A DNA stretch of 64,000 bases from Alphaproteobacteria bacterium (lineage in GTDB: Bacteria; Pseudomonadota; Alphaproteobacteria; UBA828): contig CBDCQT010000012.1 in the NCBI GenBank assembly GCA_965220745.1, positions 96,001 through 160,000 on the forward strand. The letters run 5' to 3'. The position numbers and the translations under genes were made by a program. A model generated the notes under the pieces. That model ran no database searches, was not told the DNA's origin, and worked only from the letters and a program-made list of their open reading frames with translations. This document shows, piece after piece, positions 22,180 through 32,265 of this stretch; the stretch's first letter is position 1; every line of letters begins with the position of its first letter.

Positions 22180-22307
22180 GACCCGCCAGCTCCGGCGACG
22201 GAGTGCCCGCGCTAGGAGCGTAGGCTCGAACGATGACCGCGACGCCCCGAGGTCCCGGTCCTTTCCGGGCCGTCGCCTCGAAGGGGCACCTCGCCGAGGC
22301 TGGGCGG

Positions 22308-22440
22308 CGCGGATCCTGGCGGTGGCGTCATCGAGAGGCGTATCGCCCGGCGGGACCGGCGGCCGGCAGCTCTGGAGGCGATACGGGCGAAGGGCATGAT
22401 CGGCGAGGTGAACTGCGATGCCGAAGCAATACAGGAGTGA
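22308..22440 (+). pseudogene. RelE/HigB-like toxin remnant
   Basis: Translates AD.GGGVI..RIAR and ends overlapping the antitoxin start; middle appears deleted. Confidence 0.5.
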
Positions 22441-22735
22441 GGCCCTGGCGGCCGTGCATGAGGCGGCGCTCGGCATGACGGAGGCGGGCGTGATGTCGAA
22501 GCGAACCATGAAGGCCTTCGATGAGATGTGTCTGACGCCGATCGAGGACATGGCGCCGGAACGGATCCGTGAGCTCCGGCTGCGGGAGCATGCGAGCCAT
22601 GCGGTGTTCGCCCTCTACCTGAACGTGACCACGGGTCTGGTGAGCCAGTGGGAGCGCGGCGAGAAGCGCCCGCGCGGTGCCTCACTGAAACTGCTGACAC
22701 TGGTTGAGAAGAACGGTCTGACATCGATCACGTGA
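22418..22735 (+). CDS. XRE-family HTH antitoxin (HigA/YiaG-like)
   Basis: A.HE.A..M...G.M.K.TM..FD..CL, FA.YLNV....VSQWERGEKRP.G.SLKLL. Confidence 0.85.
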   Translation: MPKQYRSEALAAVHEAALGMTEAGVMSKRTMKAFDEMCLTPIEDMAPERIRELRLREHASHAVFALYLNVTTGLVSQWERGEKRPRGASLKLLTLVEKNGLTSIT

Positions 22736-22947
22736 ATTTGCCGCCGGACCACGCTGTTGCGATCGTGTTTGAGAGGCATTTCGAGAGGGTCAGTACCCAC
22801 AGTCGATCAGCCGCAGGATCTCCCGCCGGGCCCGTGGCGGAACGGCTCTCCGTAACCGGTGTTCACGTCGGAGAGCCTCACCCCGAACCTACGTTGCGAA
22901 ATGGCGCTTTCACACCTATATTTCTGACAAACTTGCGGGACAGGGCC

Positions 22948-23544
22948 ATGACCAGCCTTCCGAAACGAATCATGGAGCACGCTTCGGGCCTTCCCGAGGC
23001 GACCCCGATCTGTCCGGCCGCCCTCCTTCACCTGGGCAAGCGTGCGGCGGTGGACCAGGCGCTGGCGCGCCTCGCTCGCGCCGGACGGTTGATGCGCATC
23101 TGCCAGGGCGTGTACATGCGCCCCGTCGAGACGCGCTTCGGTCCGTGTCCGCCGCGCATCGGCAAGGCGCTCGAAGCGCTCTCCGAGCTCTGGGGCGAGA
23201 TCATCGTCCCCTGCGGCGGCTCCGCGGCCAACCGGCTGGGCCTGACCGCTCAGAATCCTGTCCGCGCGGTGTATCTCACCTCGGGCCGCAGCCGTCGGCT
23301 GCAATTCGGGCGCATCGCGGTCGAACTGCGTCACGCTCCCCGCTGGCAACTGGCGGCGCCGCGCCGCAAGGCGGGCGAGGTCATTCGCGCTCTTGCCTGG
23401 CTCGGCCCGCATGAGGTCGAGGAGGGTCTCGAGGCGCTCCTGCCCCGGCTCTCCGGTGCTGAGGTCGACGAGCTCGCCGCCGCGCGGGCGATCATGCCCA
23501 TCTGGATGGCGGAACCGATCAGCGCGCGCCTCTCCCATGGCTGA
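22948..23544 (+). CDS. abiEi: AbiEi-type antitoxin (DUF6088-like)
   Basis: R.AVDQAL.RL...G.L.RI..GVY, G..AAN.LGLT.Q.P...VYLT.G.SR. Confidence 0.8.
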   Translation: MTSLPKRIMEHASGLPEATPICPAALLHLGKRAAVDQALARLARAGRLMRICQGVYMRPVETRFGPCPPRIGKALEALSELWGEIIVPCGGSAANRLGLTAQNPVRAVYLTSGRSRRLQFGRIAVELRHAPRWQLAAPRRKAGEVIRALAWLGPHEVEEGLEALLPRLSGAEVDELAAARAIMPIWMAEPISARLSHG

Positions 23545-24568
23545 CACGCCGTATCGGTCGCTCTCCGCCGCCGACCGGCGCGATGCCCTGCGCGTTGCCG
23601 AAGCCGGCAGCCCGCACCGTGCGTTCCTGCTCGAAAAGGATATCTGGGTCGTCGCAACGCTTCACGCCCTGTTCGAGACGCCCTTCGGCAAGGACCTCGC
23701 CTTCAAGGGCGGCACGTCGCTGTCGAAGGCGTACCGCGCGATCCGCCGCTTCTCCGAAGACGTCGACATCACCTATGACATCCGGGCCTTCGCCCCCGAC
23801 CTGGTCGCCGATGCCGGCGCCGAGGCGCTGCCGCCAACACGCAGCCAGGAGCGCCGCTGGACCAAGGCGATCCGGGCCCGTCTCGACGCCTGGGTCGTCG
23901 ACGAGGCCGCGCCGTCCGTCGAAGTGCACCTTCAACGCGCCGGATTCGAGCCGCAGGTCAAGGCCGAGGCGGAGCGCCTGCGCATCGTCTATGAGCCGCT
24001 GTTCGACGACTACGCCTTCGTACGCCCGGAAGTCACGGTGGAGTTCGGGGCGCGTTCGACGGGGGAGCCCCGGGCAATCCGGCCCGTTGAATGCGATGCC
24101 GCCCCGCTTCTGCCCGAACTTCTGTTTCCGCAGGCTCGACCGTCCGTCATGCTGGCCGAGCGGACCTTCTGGGAGAAGGCCACAGCCATCCACGTCTTCT
24201 GCCGTCAGGAGAGGAAACGCGGCGAGCGCCTGTCCCGCCACTGGCACGACCTGGCAAGACTGGACGATGCCGGCGTTGCGTCCCGCGCTCTCGCCGACCG
24301 CGCGGTCGCGCATTCGGTCGCTCGCCACAAGGCGATCTTCTTTCGGGAGAAGGACGCTGCCGGCGACGAAATCGACTACCGGGTTGCCGTCGGCGGCGGA
24401 CTGCGGCTGATCCCGTCAGGCTCGGCCCTTGAGGTCCTGGCCGACGACTACGGCAGAATGCTGGCCGACGGCATGCTGCTCGATGTTGACGAGCCCTTCG
24501 AGGGTCTGATGGAGCACTGCGCCGGCATCGAGGCCAGGGCGAATGCGCGGGGAGACCAGAACGATTGA
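23537..24568 (+). CDS. abiEii: AbiEii/AbiGii nucleotidyltransferase toxin (type IV TA)
   Basis: EKD.WV, FKGGTSLSK, RFSEDVD, RTFWEK, SRH.HD motifs. Confidence 0.9.
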   Translation: MADTPYRSLSAADRRDALRVAEAGSPHRAFLLEKDIWVVATLHALFETPFGKDLAFKGGTSLSKAYRAIRRFSEDVDITYDIRAFAPDLVADAGAEALPPTRSQERRWTKAIRARLDAWVVDEAAPSVEVHLQRAGFEPQVKAEAERLRIVYEPLFDDYAFVRPEVTVEFGARSTGEPRAIRPVECDAAPLLPELLFPQARPSVMLAERTFWEKATAIHVFCRQERKRGERLSRHWHDLARLDDAGVASRALADRAVAHSVARHKAIFFREKDAAGDEIDYRVAVGGGLRLIPSGSALEVLADDYGRMLADGMLLDVDEPFEGLMEHCAGIEARANARGDQND

Positions 24569-26616
24569 ATGCGATGAGCGCAGTGTCCGACGAACTCGCG
24601 GTCAAGGCGGCCGAATACGTCACTGAGACGCGCCGACTCCAGGAGCTCGATTCCACCACCGAAGAGACCTTTTACCCTGCGATCAGGGATCTGCTGACCG
24701 CCGTCCTGCGGACGCAGAACCTTCCCTTCGAAGTGCGCACCGGCACATCCGAGGCCAAGGACAGCGGCACCGACAGGCCGGATTTTGTCCTCGCCGACTC
24801 GGCTCTGTTTGTCGGCGTCTTTGGTGAGGTCAAGCGGCCGGATGTAAGCCTGAAAGAGATTGCCGTTTCGACCGAACAAGAAAACCAAATCGGACGCTAT
24901 CTTGCGCGTACCGGCGTGGCGCTCATCACCAACGTCCGCAGTTTCGGTCTGCTGACCTGTGCCCCGGCATATGGGCGCGCGGCGGGGACACCTGTCCCGC
25001 CAGAGGAGCGGGAGCTCATCGCGAGCGTGGATCTGTGGGCCCACGCGGTGGGCAAGGGCCAGAAATTTCGCATCGACAAGCAGGCAGTCGCCGACTTGGT
25101 CGACCTGCTGACGCGCTCTGTCACCGATTTTGCGCCGATTGCCGATCCCGCCGATTTGGCCAAGGTTCTCGCTCGGCAGGCTCGCGACGCAAAAGACGAT
25201 TTGCCTGCTGACCTTAGTCCGGTCGCGCCGCTGCTTGACGACTACCGGCAGGCGCTCGGCCTTTCGTTCGATATCACGGACCAAAGAGGCGACCGGTTTT
25301 TCCGGTCAAGCCTGATTCAGACAGCGTTCTACAGCCTGTTTTCCGCGTGGATACTATGGGATCGGACGAAGGACGCGGCTCCCTTTGACCTGGAAAAGGC
25401 GCAGTCTCATCTGCGCATTCCGTTTCTGGAGCAGCTTTTCTACGACATCCGCCATCCACATTACCTGCGCGAACTGGAGCTGGCCCGCCATCTGGAGCGG
25501 GCCGTCGCGACTTTGAACCGTGTCGAGCGCAAGCTCTTCCGCAGCCGGATGAGCTTTCCCACAGTGGACGACGAGAACCCGGCTCTTGCAGCAATCACTT
25601 ACTTTTACGAACCGTTCTTAGAGGCCTTCGATCCGCAGCTGCGCGAAGAGCTGGGTGTCTGGTACACGCCGCCGGAAATCGTGCGCTACCAGGTGCGTCG
25701 CATTCACCACATCCTTAAAACGGACCTGAAGCGCCCGCGTGGCCTCGCCGACTCGGAAGTGGTCGTGCTCGATCCCTGCTGCGGGACCGGCGCCTATCTT
25801 CTGGAAGTGGCCCGGTGTGTTGCCGAGGAACTGTGCCGCGAGGGAGATGCCGCCGTGGTCGGCCTTGAGCTGCTCAAAGCCTTTGAAGAGCGGGTAATGG
25901 GCTTTGAGATTTTGACGGCGCCGTTCGCTATTGCCCAGTTGCAAATCTATATCCTGCTCGCCGAACTCGGCGTCGAACCGCCGTCCGGCCACCGGCTCGC
26001 GATCTTTCTGACCAACGCCCTTACCGGCTGGCACGACCACGGCAACATCAAACTCAATTTCCCGGAGATGCGTGAGGAGTTTGACGCTTCGCAAGCCGTT
26101 AAACATTCCGCCAAGATAATCGTTGTTCTCGGCAACCCGCCTTATGACCGTTTTGCGGGCGCCGCACAGGCTGAAGAGGCCGAACTTGTCGTCCACTACA
26201 AGGGTATCAAACTGGTCGAAGACCGCGACCGTAAGGGTCAGGTAAGGCTCGACGAATTCGGGCGACCAAGAAGGAAGCAGCGCGGCCAGAGTCTGCTCTA
26301 CAAAGAATTTGGCGTCCGCAAACAGCTTCTCGACGATCTTTATGTGCGCTTTCTTCGCTTGGCCGAAGAGCGGATCGGCGAAGCCGCCGACCACGGGATC
26401 GTCTCGTATATATCAAATTCTTCCTATCTGACGGGCCGCTCCCATCCGTTAATGCGGCGCTCGCTCCTGAGAAGTTTTCATCGCGTATGGATCGACAATC
26501 TCAACGGGGACAAATTCAAGACAGGCAAAATCATCCCCAAGGGCCTGCCCGGCGAAGGCACGGCCGACCAGAGTGCCTTTACCACTGACCATGATCCGCG
26601 CGGTATCCAGCCGTGA
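24565..26616 (+). pseudogene. Type ISP/IIG-like restriction-modification enzyme (N6-adenine methyltransferase), truncated by IS3
   Basis: RPDF..GEVK nuclease motif, YFYE.FL..FDP..R...GVWYTP, DPCCGTG, GNPPY; stop codon is the IS3 left end. Confidence 0.85.
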
Positions 26617-26670
26617 TCCTCCCCCATCGAGTTGGTCCACCCTTAGGTTATGGAAAGAGGAGGACCGACG

Positions 26671-26949
26671 ATGGCAAGGAAGCGTTACAAGCCCGAGGAG
26701 ATCGTGAGCCTGCTGCGGCGGGCTGAGGTTCTGAACGGCCAGGGCATGTCGATGGCGGACGCGATCCGCGAGCTTGGGATCAGCGAGGTTACCTTCTACC
26801 GCTGGCGCAAGGAGTATGCCGGGATGAGCGGCGATCAGCTCCGCCGTTTGAAGGAGCTCGAGAAGGAGAACGAGCGGCTGCGCCGTGCGGTCTCCGATCT
26901 GACGCTGGACAAGCAGATTCTCAAAGAGGCCGCAGGGGGAAACTTCTAA
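26671..26949 (+). CDS. IS3 transposase OrfA
   Basis: Same protein as copy 1. Confidence 0.9.
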   Translation: MARKRYKPEEIVSLLRRAEVLNGQGMSMADAIRELGISEVTFYRWRKEYAGMSGDQLRRLKELEKENERLRRAVSDLTLDKQILKEAAGGNF

Positions 26950-27023
26950 GCCCCTCGCGCCGGCGCCAGTGCATCGATCATGTCTGTGACCGGCTCGGGG
27001 TCTCGGAACGCCGCGCTTGCCGG

Positions 27024-27842
27024 GTGCTGGGGCAGCACCGCTCGACCCAGCGCCGCATCCCGCGCGGCCGCGACGACGAGGACCGCCTGGTCGCGTACAT
27101 GATCGAGCTGGCCCGCCAGTACGGCCGTTACGGCTATCGCCGCATCGCGGCCCTGCTTCGCGATGCCGGCTGGCAGGTCAACGACAAGCGGATCGAGCGC
27201 TTGTGGCGGCGCGAGGGGCTGAAGGTGCCCGGCAAGCAACCGAAGCGGGGCCGGCTTTGGCTCAATGACGGCTCCTGCATCCGGCTGCGCGCCGAGAGGG
27301 CGGATCACGTCTGGTCCTACGACTTCGTCCATCACCGGACGTATGACGGCAGGGCCTTCCGCATGCTCAACGTCCTGGACGAGTTCACCCGCGAGAGCCT
27401 GGTCATCCGGGTGCGCAGGAGGCTTTCCTCGATCGACGTCATCGATGTGCTGACCGACCTGTTCATCCTGCGCGGCATTCCGACCTGGATCCGTTCCGAC
27501 AACGGTCCGGAGTTCGTCGCCGAGGCCGTCAGGCGGTGGATCGCTGCGGTCAGCGCCCGCACCGCCTTCATCGAGCCGGGCTCACCCTGGGAGAACGGCT
27601 ACATCGAGAGCTTCAATGCGCGGCTGCGCGACGAGCTCCTGAACGGGGAGATCTTCTACACCCTGAAGGAAGCCCAGGTTCTCATCGAATCGTGGCGGTG
27701 CCATTACAACGCGATCCGCCCACACGGCAGCCTGGGATACCGGCCGCCGGCCCCGGAGACGATCATCATGCCAAGCTGGCCGCCCGGCTCCGCTACGCTC
27801 CGCCGGCCACCCAGCTTGGCCGAGGAACCCGCGATGCACTAA
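27024..27842 (+). CDS. IS3 transposase OrfB
   Basis: Same protein as copy 1. Confidence 0.9.
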   Translation: MLGQHRSTQRRIPRGRDDEDRLVAYMIELARQYGRYGYRRIAALLRDAGWQVNDKRIERLWRREGLKVPGKQPKRGRLWLNDGSCIRLRAERADHVWSYDFVHHRTYDGRAFRMLNVLDEFTRESLVIRVRRRLSSIDVIDVLTDLFILRGIPTWIRSDNGPEFVAEAVRRWIAAVSARTAFIEPGSPWENGYIESFNARLRDELLNGEIFYTLKEAQVLIESWRCHYNAIRPHGSLGYRPPAPETIIMPSWPPGSATLRRPPSLAEEPAMH

Positions 27843-27876
27843 CATTCGACCTGGACCAGTCGACGGGGGCAGGTCA

Positions 27877-28827
27877 ATGAAACTCATAGCCCGTACCCTC
27901 TCCGCCGTGGCCTTCGTAGCCGCTTCGCTTCTTGCCAGCCACGGAACAGCCGGAAGCGTGGATGATGTTGTAAGGCCAGCAGAAGAGATTGCGCTGCATG
28001 ACGCAGCGGGCCGTGTCGAGGCAGGCGGGCGTGCGGGGTTTGTTCCGACGGCGCTGCTGGCCGAAGCGGAAGTGGGGCCGAAGGCGGGGGAAACATTCCG
28101 GGATTGCCCGTCCTGTCCGGAAATGGTGGTGGTGCCGGCGGGTTCGTTCGTCATGGGCTCGCCGAGGTCGGAAGTAGACCGTGACGGAGATGAAGTCCTG
28201 CAGCATGAGGTGACGATCTCGCAACCCTTTGCGGTGGGCAAACACGAGGTGACGTTTGCGGAATGGGATACCTGCGTATCCGCTGGCGGGTGCGACGGGT
28301 ATCGCCCCGATGACAAGGGCTGGGGCCGTGGAAGTCGGCCGGTCATCCATGTGACCTGGAACGAAGCGCGGTCGTATGTCGCGTGGCTGTCGCGGAAGAC
28401 GGGGAAGGAGTACCGGCTGTTGACGGAGGCGGAGTGGGAATATGCGGCGCGCGCGAAGACGCGGACGCGCTATAGCTGGGGGGATTCGGTGGGCCGGAAC
28501 CGGGCGAACTGCCGCGGCTGCGGCAGCCGCTGGGACGGCCGTGAAACGGCTCCGGCGGGTTCGTTTGCGGCGAACGGTTTCGGCTTGCATGACATGTCGG
28601 GCAATGTATCGGAATGGGTCGAGGACTGCTGGCACAATGACTATGCGGGCGCGCCGTCGGACGGCAGCGCTTGGGTGGCGGGCGGTGATTGCGGGCAGCG
28701 CGTATTGCGCGGCGGTTCGTGGAGCAACATACCGTGGTTCCTCCGTTCCGCCATCCGCCTCGGGTACAGCGTCGGGAACCGGGTCGTCACCTTCGGCTTC
28801 CGCGTTGCCCGGACGCTTACGCCTTGA
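27877..28827 (+). CDS. Secreted formylglycine-generating-enzyme (FGE-sulfatase / C-type lectin fold) protein; probable DGR target
   Basis: Signal peptide, CPEMVVVPAGSF.MGS, RLLTEAEWEYAAR, NGFGLHDM.GNV.EW, RGGSW...GFRVARTL. Confidence 0.88.
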   Translation: MKLIARTLSAVAFVAASLLASHGTAGSVDDVVRPAEEIALHDAAGRVEAGGRAGFVPTALLAEAEVGPKAGETFRDCPSCPEMVVVPAGSFVMGSPRSEVDRDGDEVLQHEVTISQPFAVGKHEVTFAEWDTCVSAGGCDGYRPDDKGWGRGSRPVIHVTWNEARSYVAWLSRKTGKEYRLLTEAEWEYAARAKTRTRYSWGDSVGRNRANCRGCGSRWDGRETAPAGSFAANGFGLHDMSGNVSEWVEDCWHNDYAGAPSDGSAWVAGGDCGQRVLRGGSWSNIPWFLRSAIRLGYSVGNRVVTFGFRVARTLTP

Positions 28828-28852
28828 GTCCTCACTTGTTTACCTCGGGGGT

Positions 28853-28871
28853 CCGGGGGCGGAGCCCCCGG
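28853..28871 (+). other. GC cruciform/hairpin of DGR target type
   Basis: Perfect 8-bp stem CCGGGGGC-GGA-GCCCCCGG about 25 bp after the stop codon, no U-tract. Confidence 0.65.
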
Positions 28872-28889
28872 CAGGATTATTTCGCGGGG

Positions 28890-29256
28890 CCTCGTGCCGC
28901 CTCGACGACTATCGGCACGAACCGGCCGACCCCGACATCGCCCGCCGGCTCGCGAAACAGCCGACGCCACCTGAACACCTGATTGGCGTTGAGGTTGTAA
29001 CGCTGCGCGACCATCGGCACCGAGACCCCAGGCTCACGGGTCTCCGCCACGATCTGCCGCTTCTACGCCTCGCTCCACCGCCGACGACGCCCACGGACCT
29101 GACCGCCGCTCCCAGCGCCCGGCCTCTCCTCGGAAATCGACATCAGCTAAGTGTCCACCTGAATCGAAGTGGACACCTGCGAAGCGTCCACTGCCCGAGC
29201 GCTCAGCCTGCCAAAACTCGCACCATCAGAACAGACGGCCTACGCCGGATGGATAC
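28890..29256 (-). mobile_element. IS66-family left-end remnant with TnpA pseudogene
   Basis: Minus strand starts GTATCCATCC; RRRRWSEA*KRQIVAE..PG.SV..VA..YNLNANQVF.WRR with in-frame stop. Confidence 0.75.
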
Positions 29257-29451
29257 TCATCGAATCGTGGCGGCGCCATTACAACGCCGTGCGTCCGCAC
29301 GGCAGCCTGGGATATCGGCCGCCGGCCCCGGAGACGATCGTCATGCCAAGCTGGCCGCCCGGCTACGCTACGCTACGCCGGCCACCCAGCTTGGCCGAGA
29401 AACCGGCGATGCACTAACATTCGACCTGGACCAGTCGACGGGGGCAGGTCA
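29256..29451 (+). mobile_element. IS3 right-end fragment (diverged copy)
   Basis: Matches last ~195 bp of the IS3 including IRR, with several substitutions. Confidence 0.85.
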
Positions 29452-29630
29452 ACCATATATGAAATCTGGCTTGGTCCTTCAATGGCGAAACGACCGGCAT
29501 GCCACCTATTTCGCCGCACCGGCGGCACACAACACATCGAATATGGCTTTCTCCGAGCCTGGAAAGCCATTCTCATGCTTTCCTCCGCTTTCCGGCCGGT
29601 TTACGAAATTCAGATGTCGCGAGTGGCCGC

Positions 29631-30809
29631 CTACGGCGGGGGACTCTCGCCGTCATCACCCAACAGGTTCCCCCCGATGCTCTCCGTGATGCGAGACGCG
29701 GCAGTCTGCATTGAGTCCCGGGCAAGATGGGCGTAGCGGGCTGTAGTCTGCACCTGGGTGTGCCCGAGGAGCTTTCCGATCATGGTCAGGCTCTCGCCGA
29801 GCGCCAGCGCCCTGCTCGCAAAGCTGTGCCTGAGGTCATGAATTCTCACATCCTCCAGGTCAGCGCGCTTGCGGATGCGCCGCCAGGGGCGCTGAAGGTC
29901 GGTGAGGTGAGTACCCGGATTCCTGCCCGCGATCACCCACGGATTGTCATCCTCGCGGGGAAGGGCTGAAAGAACCGCACGAGCCTCCGGTCCCAGCGGC
30001 ACCACCCTTCCGCCCGTCTTGGCGTCAAGGAGCTCGATGCAGTCTCCCTTCACGTTCTCCCACTGCAGGTCGCGGATCTCCGACATCCGGCAGCCCGTCA
30101 AGAGCAGCAGCCGGAACGCCGCGACCGCGGATGGCATCTCTTCCTCCGCCTCGCGCAATACCTCGCCAAGGCGCGCAACCTCCTCCTCGGACAGGAACCG
30201 CTCGCGCTGGTGCTCCTTGTAGCGCTTCACGTGCCGGCACGGGTTGGAGCCATCCTGCCGCCAGCCCCATACCTCCGCGAGGTTGAAGAGCTTCGAGAGC
30301 ACCCCCAGGGTCCGGTTGGCCTGGTACGGCTTGTCCCGCAGGCCGTGATGCAGGGCGGCGATGTCCTTGCGCTGAACCTCCGAGACCCGCATCTCCCCGA
30401 TCACGGGGTCGATGAAGAGCTTCACCGAGCGGCGGTATTCCTGCTGGGTGCTCGGCTTGCAGTGATCGGGCACATATTCCTTGAGGAACCGCGCGGTCAG
30501 CTCGGCCACACTGGGCTTGGCCTCGCGCTTGGCCTCCGTGTCCCGGGGGTCGATGCCCTTCTTCGCAAGCGACAGGATCTCCAGCGCCCGTGCCCGAGCA
30601 CGGTCCGCGCTCACCACCCCGGGGGCGCCGATGGTGTACCAGCGAAGCTTCCCGTCAACACGGGTCTGGACGACATAGACCTTTCGCCCCGATCGCCGCA
30701 CCCGCAGTCCGAATCCGGTGAGCTCGCCGTCCCAGTAGACGGTATCGGTGCCGTCTGCCTTGATGGCGTCGACGGACCGCTTGGTGATGCGTGGAATTCG
30801 GTTGACCAT
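29631..30809 (-). CDS. Tyrosine recombinase/integrase with Arm domain
   Basis: YWD.ELTGFGLRV, TGCR.SEI, KTG, HDLRHS, LLGH, RYAH; clear paralog of 20642-21826. Confidence 0.93.
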   Translation of the reverse strand: MVNRIPRITKRSVDAIKADGTDTVYWDGELTGFGLRVRRSGRKVYVVQTRVDGKLRWYTIGAPGVVSADRARARALEILSLAKKGIDPRDTEAKREAKPSVAELTARFLKEYVPDHCKPSTQQEYRRSVKLFIDPVIGEMRVSEVQRKDIAALHHGLRDKPYQANRTLGVLSKLFNLAEVWGWRQDGSNPCRHVKRYKEHQRERFLSEEEVARLGEVLREAEEEMPSAVAAFRLLLLTGCRMSEIRDLQWENVKGDCIELLDAKTGGRVVPLGPEARAVLSALPREDDNPWVIAGRNPGTHLTDLQRPWRRIRKRADLEDVRIHDLRHSFASRALALGESLTMIGKLLGHTQVQTTARYAHLARDSMQTAASRITESIGGNLLGDDGESPPP

Positions 30810-30979
30810 GGCGCGGGGGTGTATCATCCTGGCGAACTATTGGCAAACAGAATCGAACAACTCAGAGGCATCTCCAGACCGCTCTAGTCCACAACCGAAC
30901 GGCCTAACCTATTGATCTATCATGCTTCAGTCCCCTCTAGGCCGTTCCTGGCTGCTAGAGGCCGAACAAAGTTTCGAAA

Positions 30980-31024
30980 CTCATAACCTGAAGGTCGAAG
31001 GTTCAAATCCTGCCCCCGCAACCA
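30980..31024 (+). other. tRNA-fMet 3' half (att site remnant)
   Basis: CTCATAACCTGAAGGTCGAAGGTTCAAATCCTGCCCCCGCAACCA starts at the anticodon loop; preceded by the integrase upstream region rather than a tRNA 5' half. Confidence 0.8.
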
Positions 31025-31840
31025 CCGAGACCGACATTCCCGAGGAGGGCGTGTTGGTCTTTCCTTTTTCGACCCCATTTCCCACCCATTCGAGGATGGT
31101 CCCGAGATCGCCGTGCAGCGTGGCGTCCATCTCGGCCCACTTGGCACCAGGGGTGAGCACGATGCGCTCGATCAGTCCGCGGATGGCCGCGGCGGCAACA
31201 TCACGTTCTTCGGGTTTGCGAAGTGCTTCGGCGAGCCGGGCCACCTTGCGGCGGTAGATGCTGGCGACGTTCGGATGGATGTCCGGGAGGTCGGCGGGCG
31301 CCGCCGAAAGCCGTCGTCGAGCTCGTCCTGGCGTGCTTCCAGCTCGCGCAGCCGGTCCACTATGCCCCGGACGTAGCCGCCGTCCTTGATGACGGCGATC
31401 ATGGAGGCGATCTTCTTCTCGACGTCGGCCAGCTCCTTCCGGTCGCTCGCACCCGAGGCGCGGCGCTCGCGGTTGATCCGGTTGGTCTCCTCGGCATAGG
31501 CCAGCATCGCCTCGGCGGCAGCCTCGGGCGCCATCGGCCGGTCCTTCAGCCCGGCCAGCACCCGCTCCTCGATGACCGAGCGGCGGATGCCACGTCCGTC
31601 GGAGCAGCTGTCGTTCATCACGTGGTTGGAACAGCCGTAGCACAGGCCGCCGCCCGAGCGGCCCTTCTCCACCCGGCCCCTGAGCCCCCGATGCGTCTTC
31701 GCCGCGAGGTCCTTCAGGAACAGCGCGTTCATCGTGCCCTTGCGCCCGACATGGAGCTCGTTGATTTCGCCTTCGGACAGGGTAACGATCATTACTCCGG
31801 CGAAACGCAGGTTCTTGTAGAGCGTTGCCACGTCTGCCCT
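30981..31840 (-). pseudogene. Large serine recombinase pseudogene (5' truncated, internal deletion, frameshift)
   Basis: Collinear with 6784-8544 protein: EINELHVG.KGTMNALFLKDLA.KTHRG, PDIHPNVA, VVAGAGFEPSTFRL. Confidence 0.85.
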
Positions 31841-32110
31841 TGTCCCCACGCGCCCCGAAGAAGCTCTCATCGGCCTCGACGACACCGAACAGGGGGCGCT
31901 GCGCTTTCCGGGCAAGCAGAATGCGTTGGCGCAAGCCTCGGTAGAAGCGGTTGATGGTGTTGCGGTTCAGCCACGTAGGCCCGGAACGCTGCCCCGTTCA
32001 TCGGGCCGTTCAGCACCAGCGGCGCGACCGCCCCCGCCTTGCGCGGCCCGGCCAGGAAGGTGGTCGTCTTCCAGTGGCCGTGTGGCACCGCGCTGACCAG
32101 CCGCTCGCCT
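31841..32110 (-). pseudogene. IS1595-like and IS630-like transposase fragments
   Basis: VEADESFFG (IS1595-like) and HGHWKTTTFLAG..GPMNG.AF.AYV (IS630-like). Confidence 0.7.
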
Positions 32111-32265
32111 TGGGGGCGCCGGGGCGGCGTGCCCCGATCACCCAGGCCCGTTCAACCCTCGACCCAACAACGACCATCCTCAGTTCCCCAAGCCAGACAG
32201 CGTCAGGCCCCGACACGACCCATTAACCGAGCTTCAAGTGCAAGGCAGCCCATGAATAGATCGGC

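Larger units (their letters stand above)
26614..27876 (+). mobile_element. IS3-family insertion sequence, copy 2 (no TSD)
   Basis: Near-identical to copy 1; flanks GCCG and ATGA differ. Confidence 0.95.

Noticed and set aside
28442-29689. 415-aa ORF after the FGE gene as a possible DGR RT or accessory gene
   Set aside because: It is an off-frame read across the FGE gene, IS66 and IS3 remnants, with no YxDD or other RT motifs.
30940-31024. Complete tRNA-Met gene (also 6830-6908)
   Set aside because: Only the anticodon loop to CCA is present; no D-arm or 5' acceptor strand upstream.
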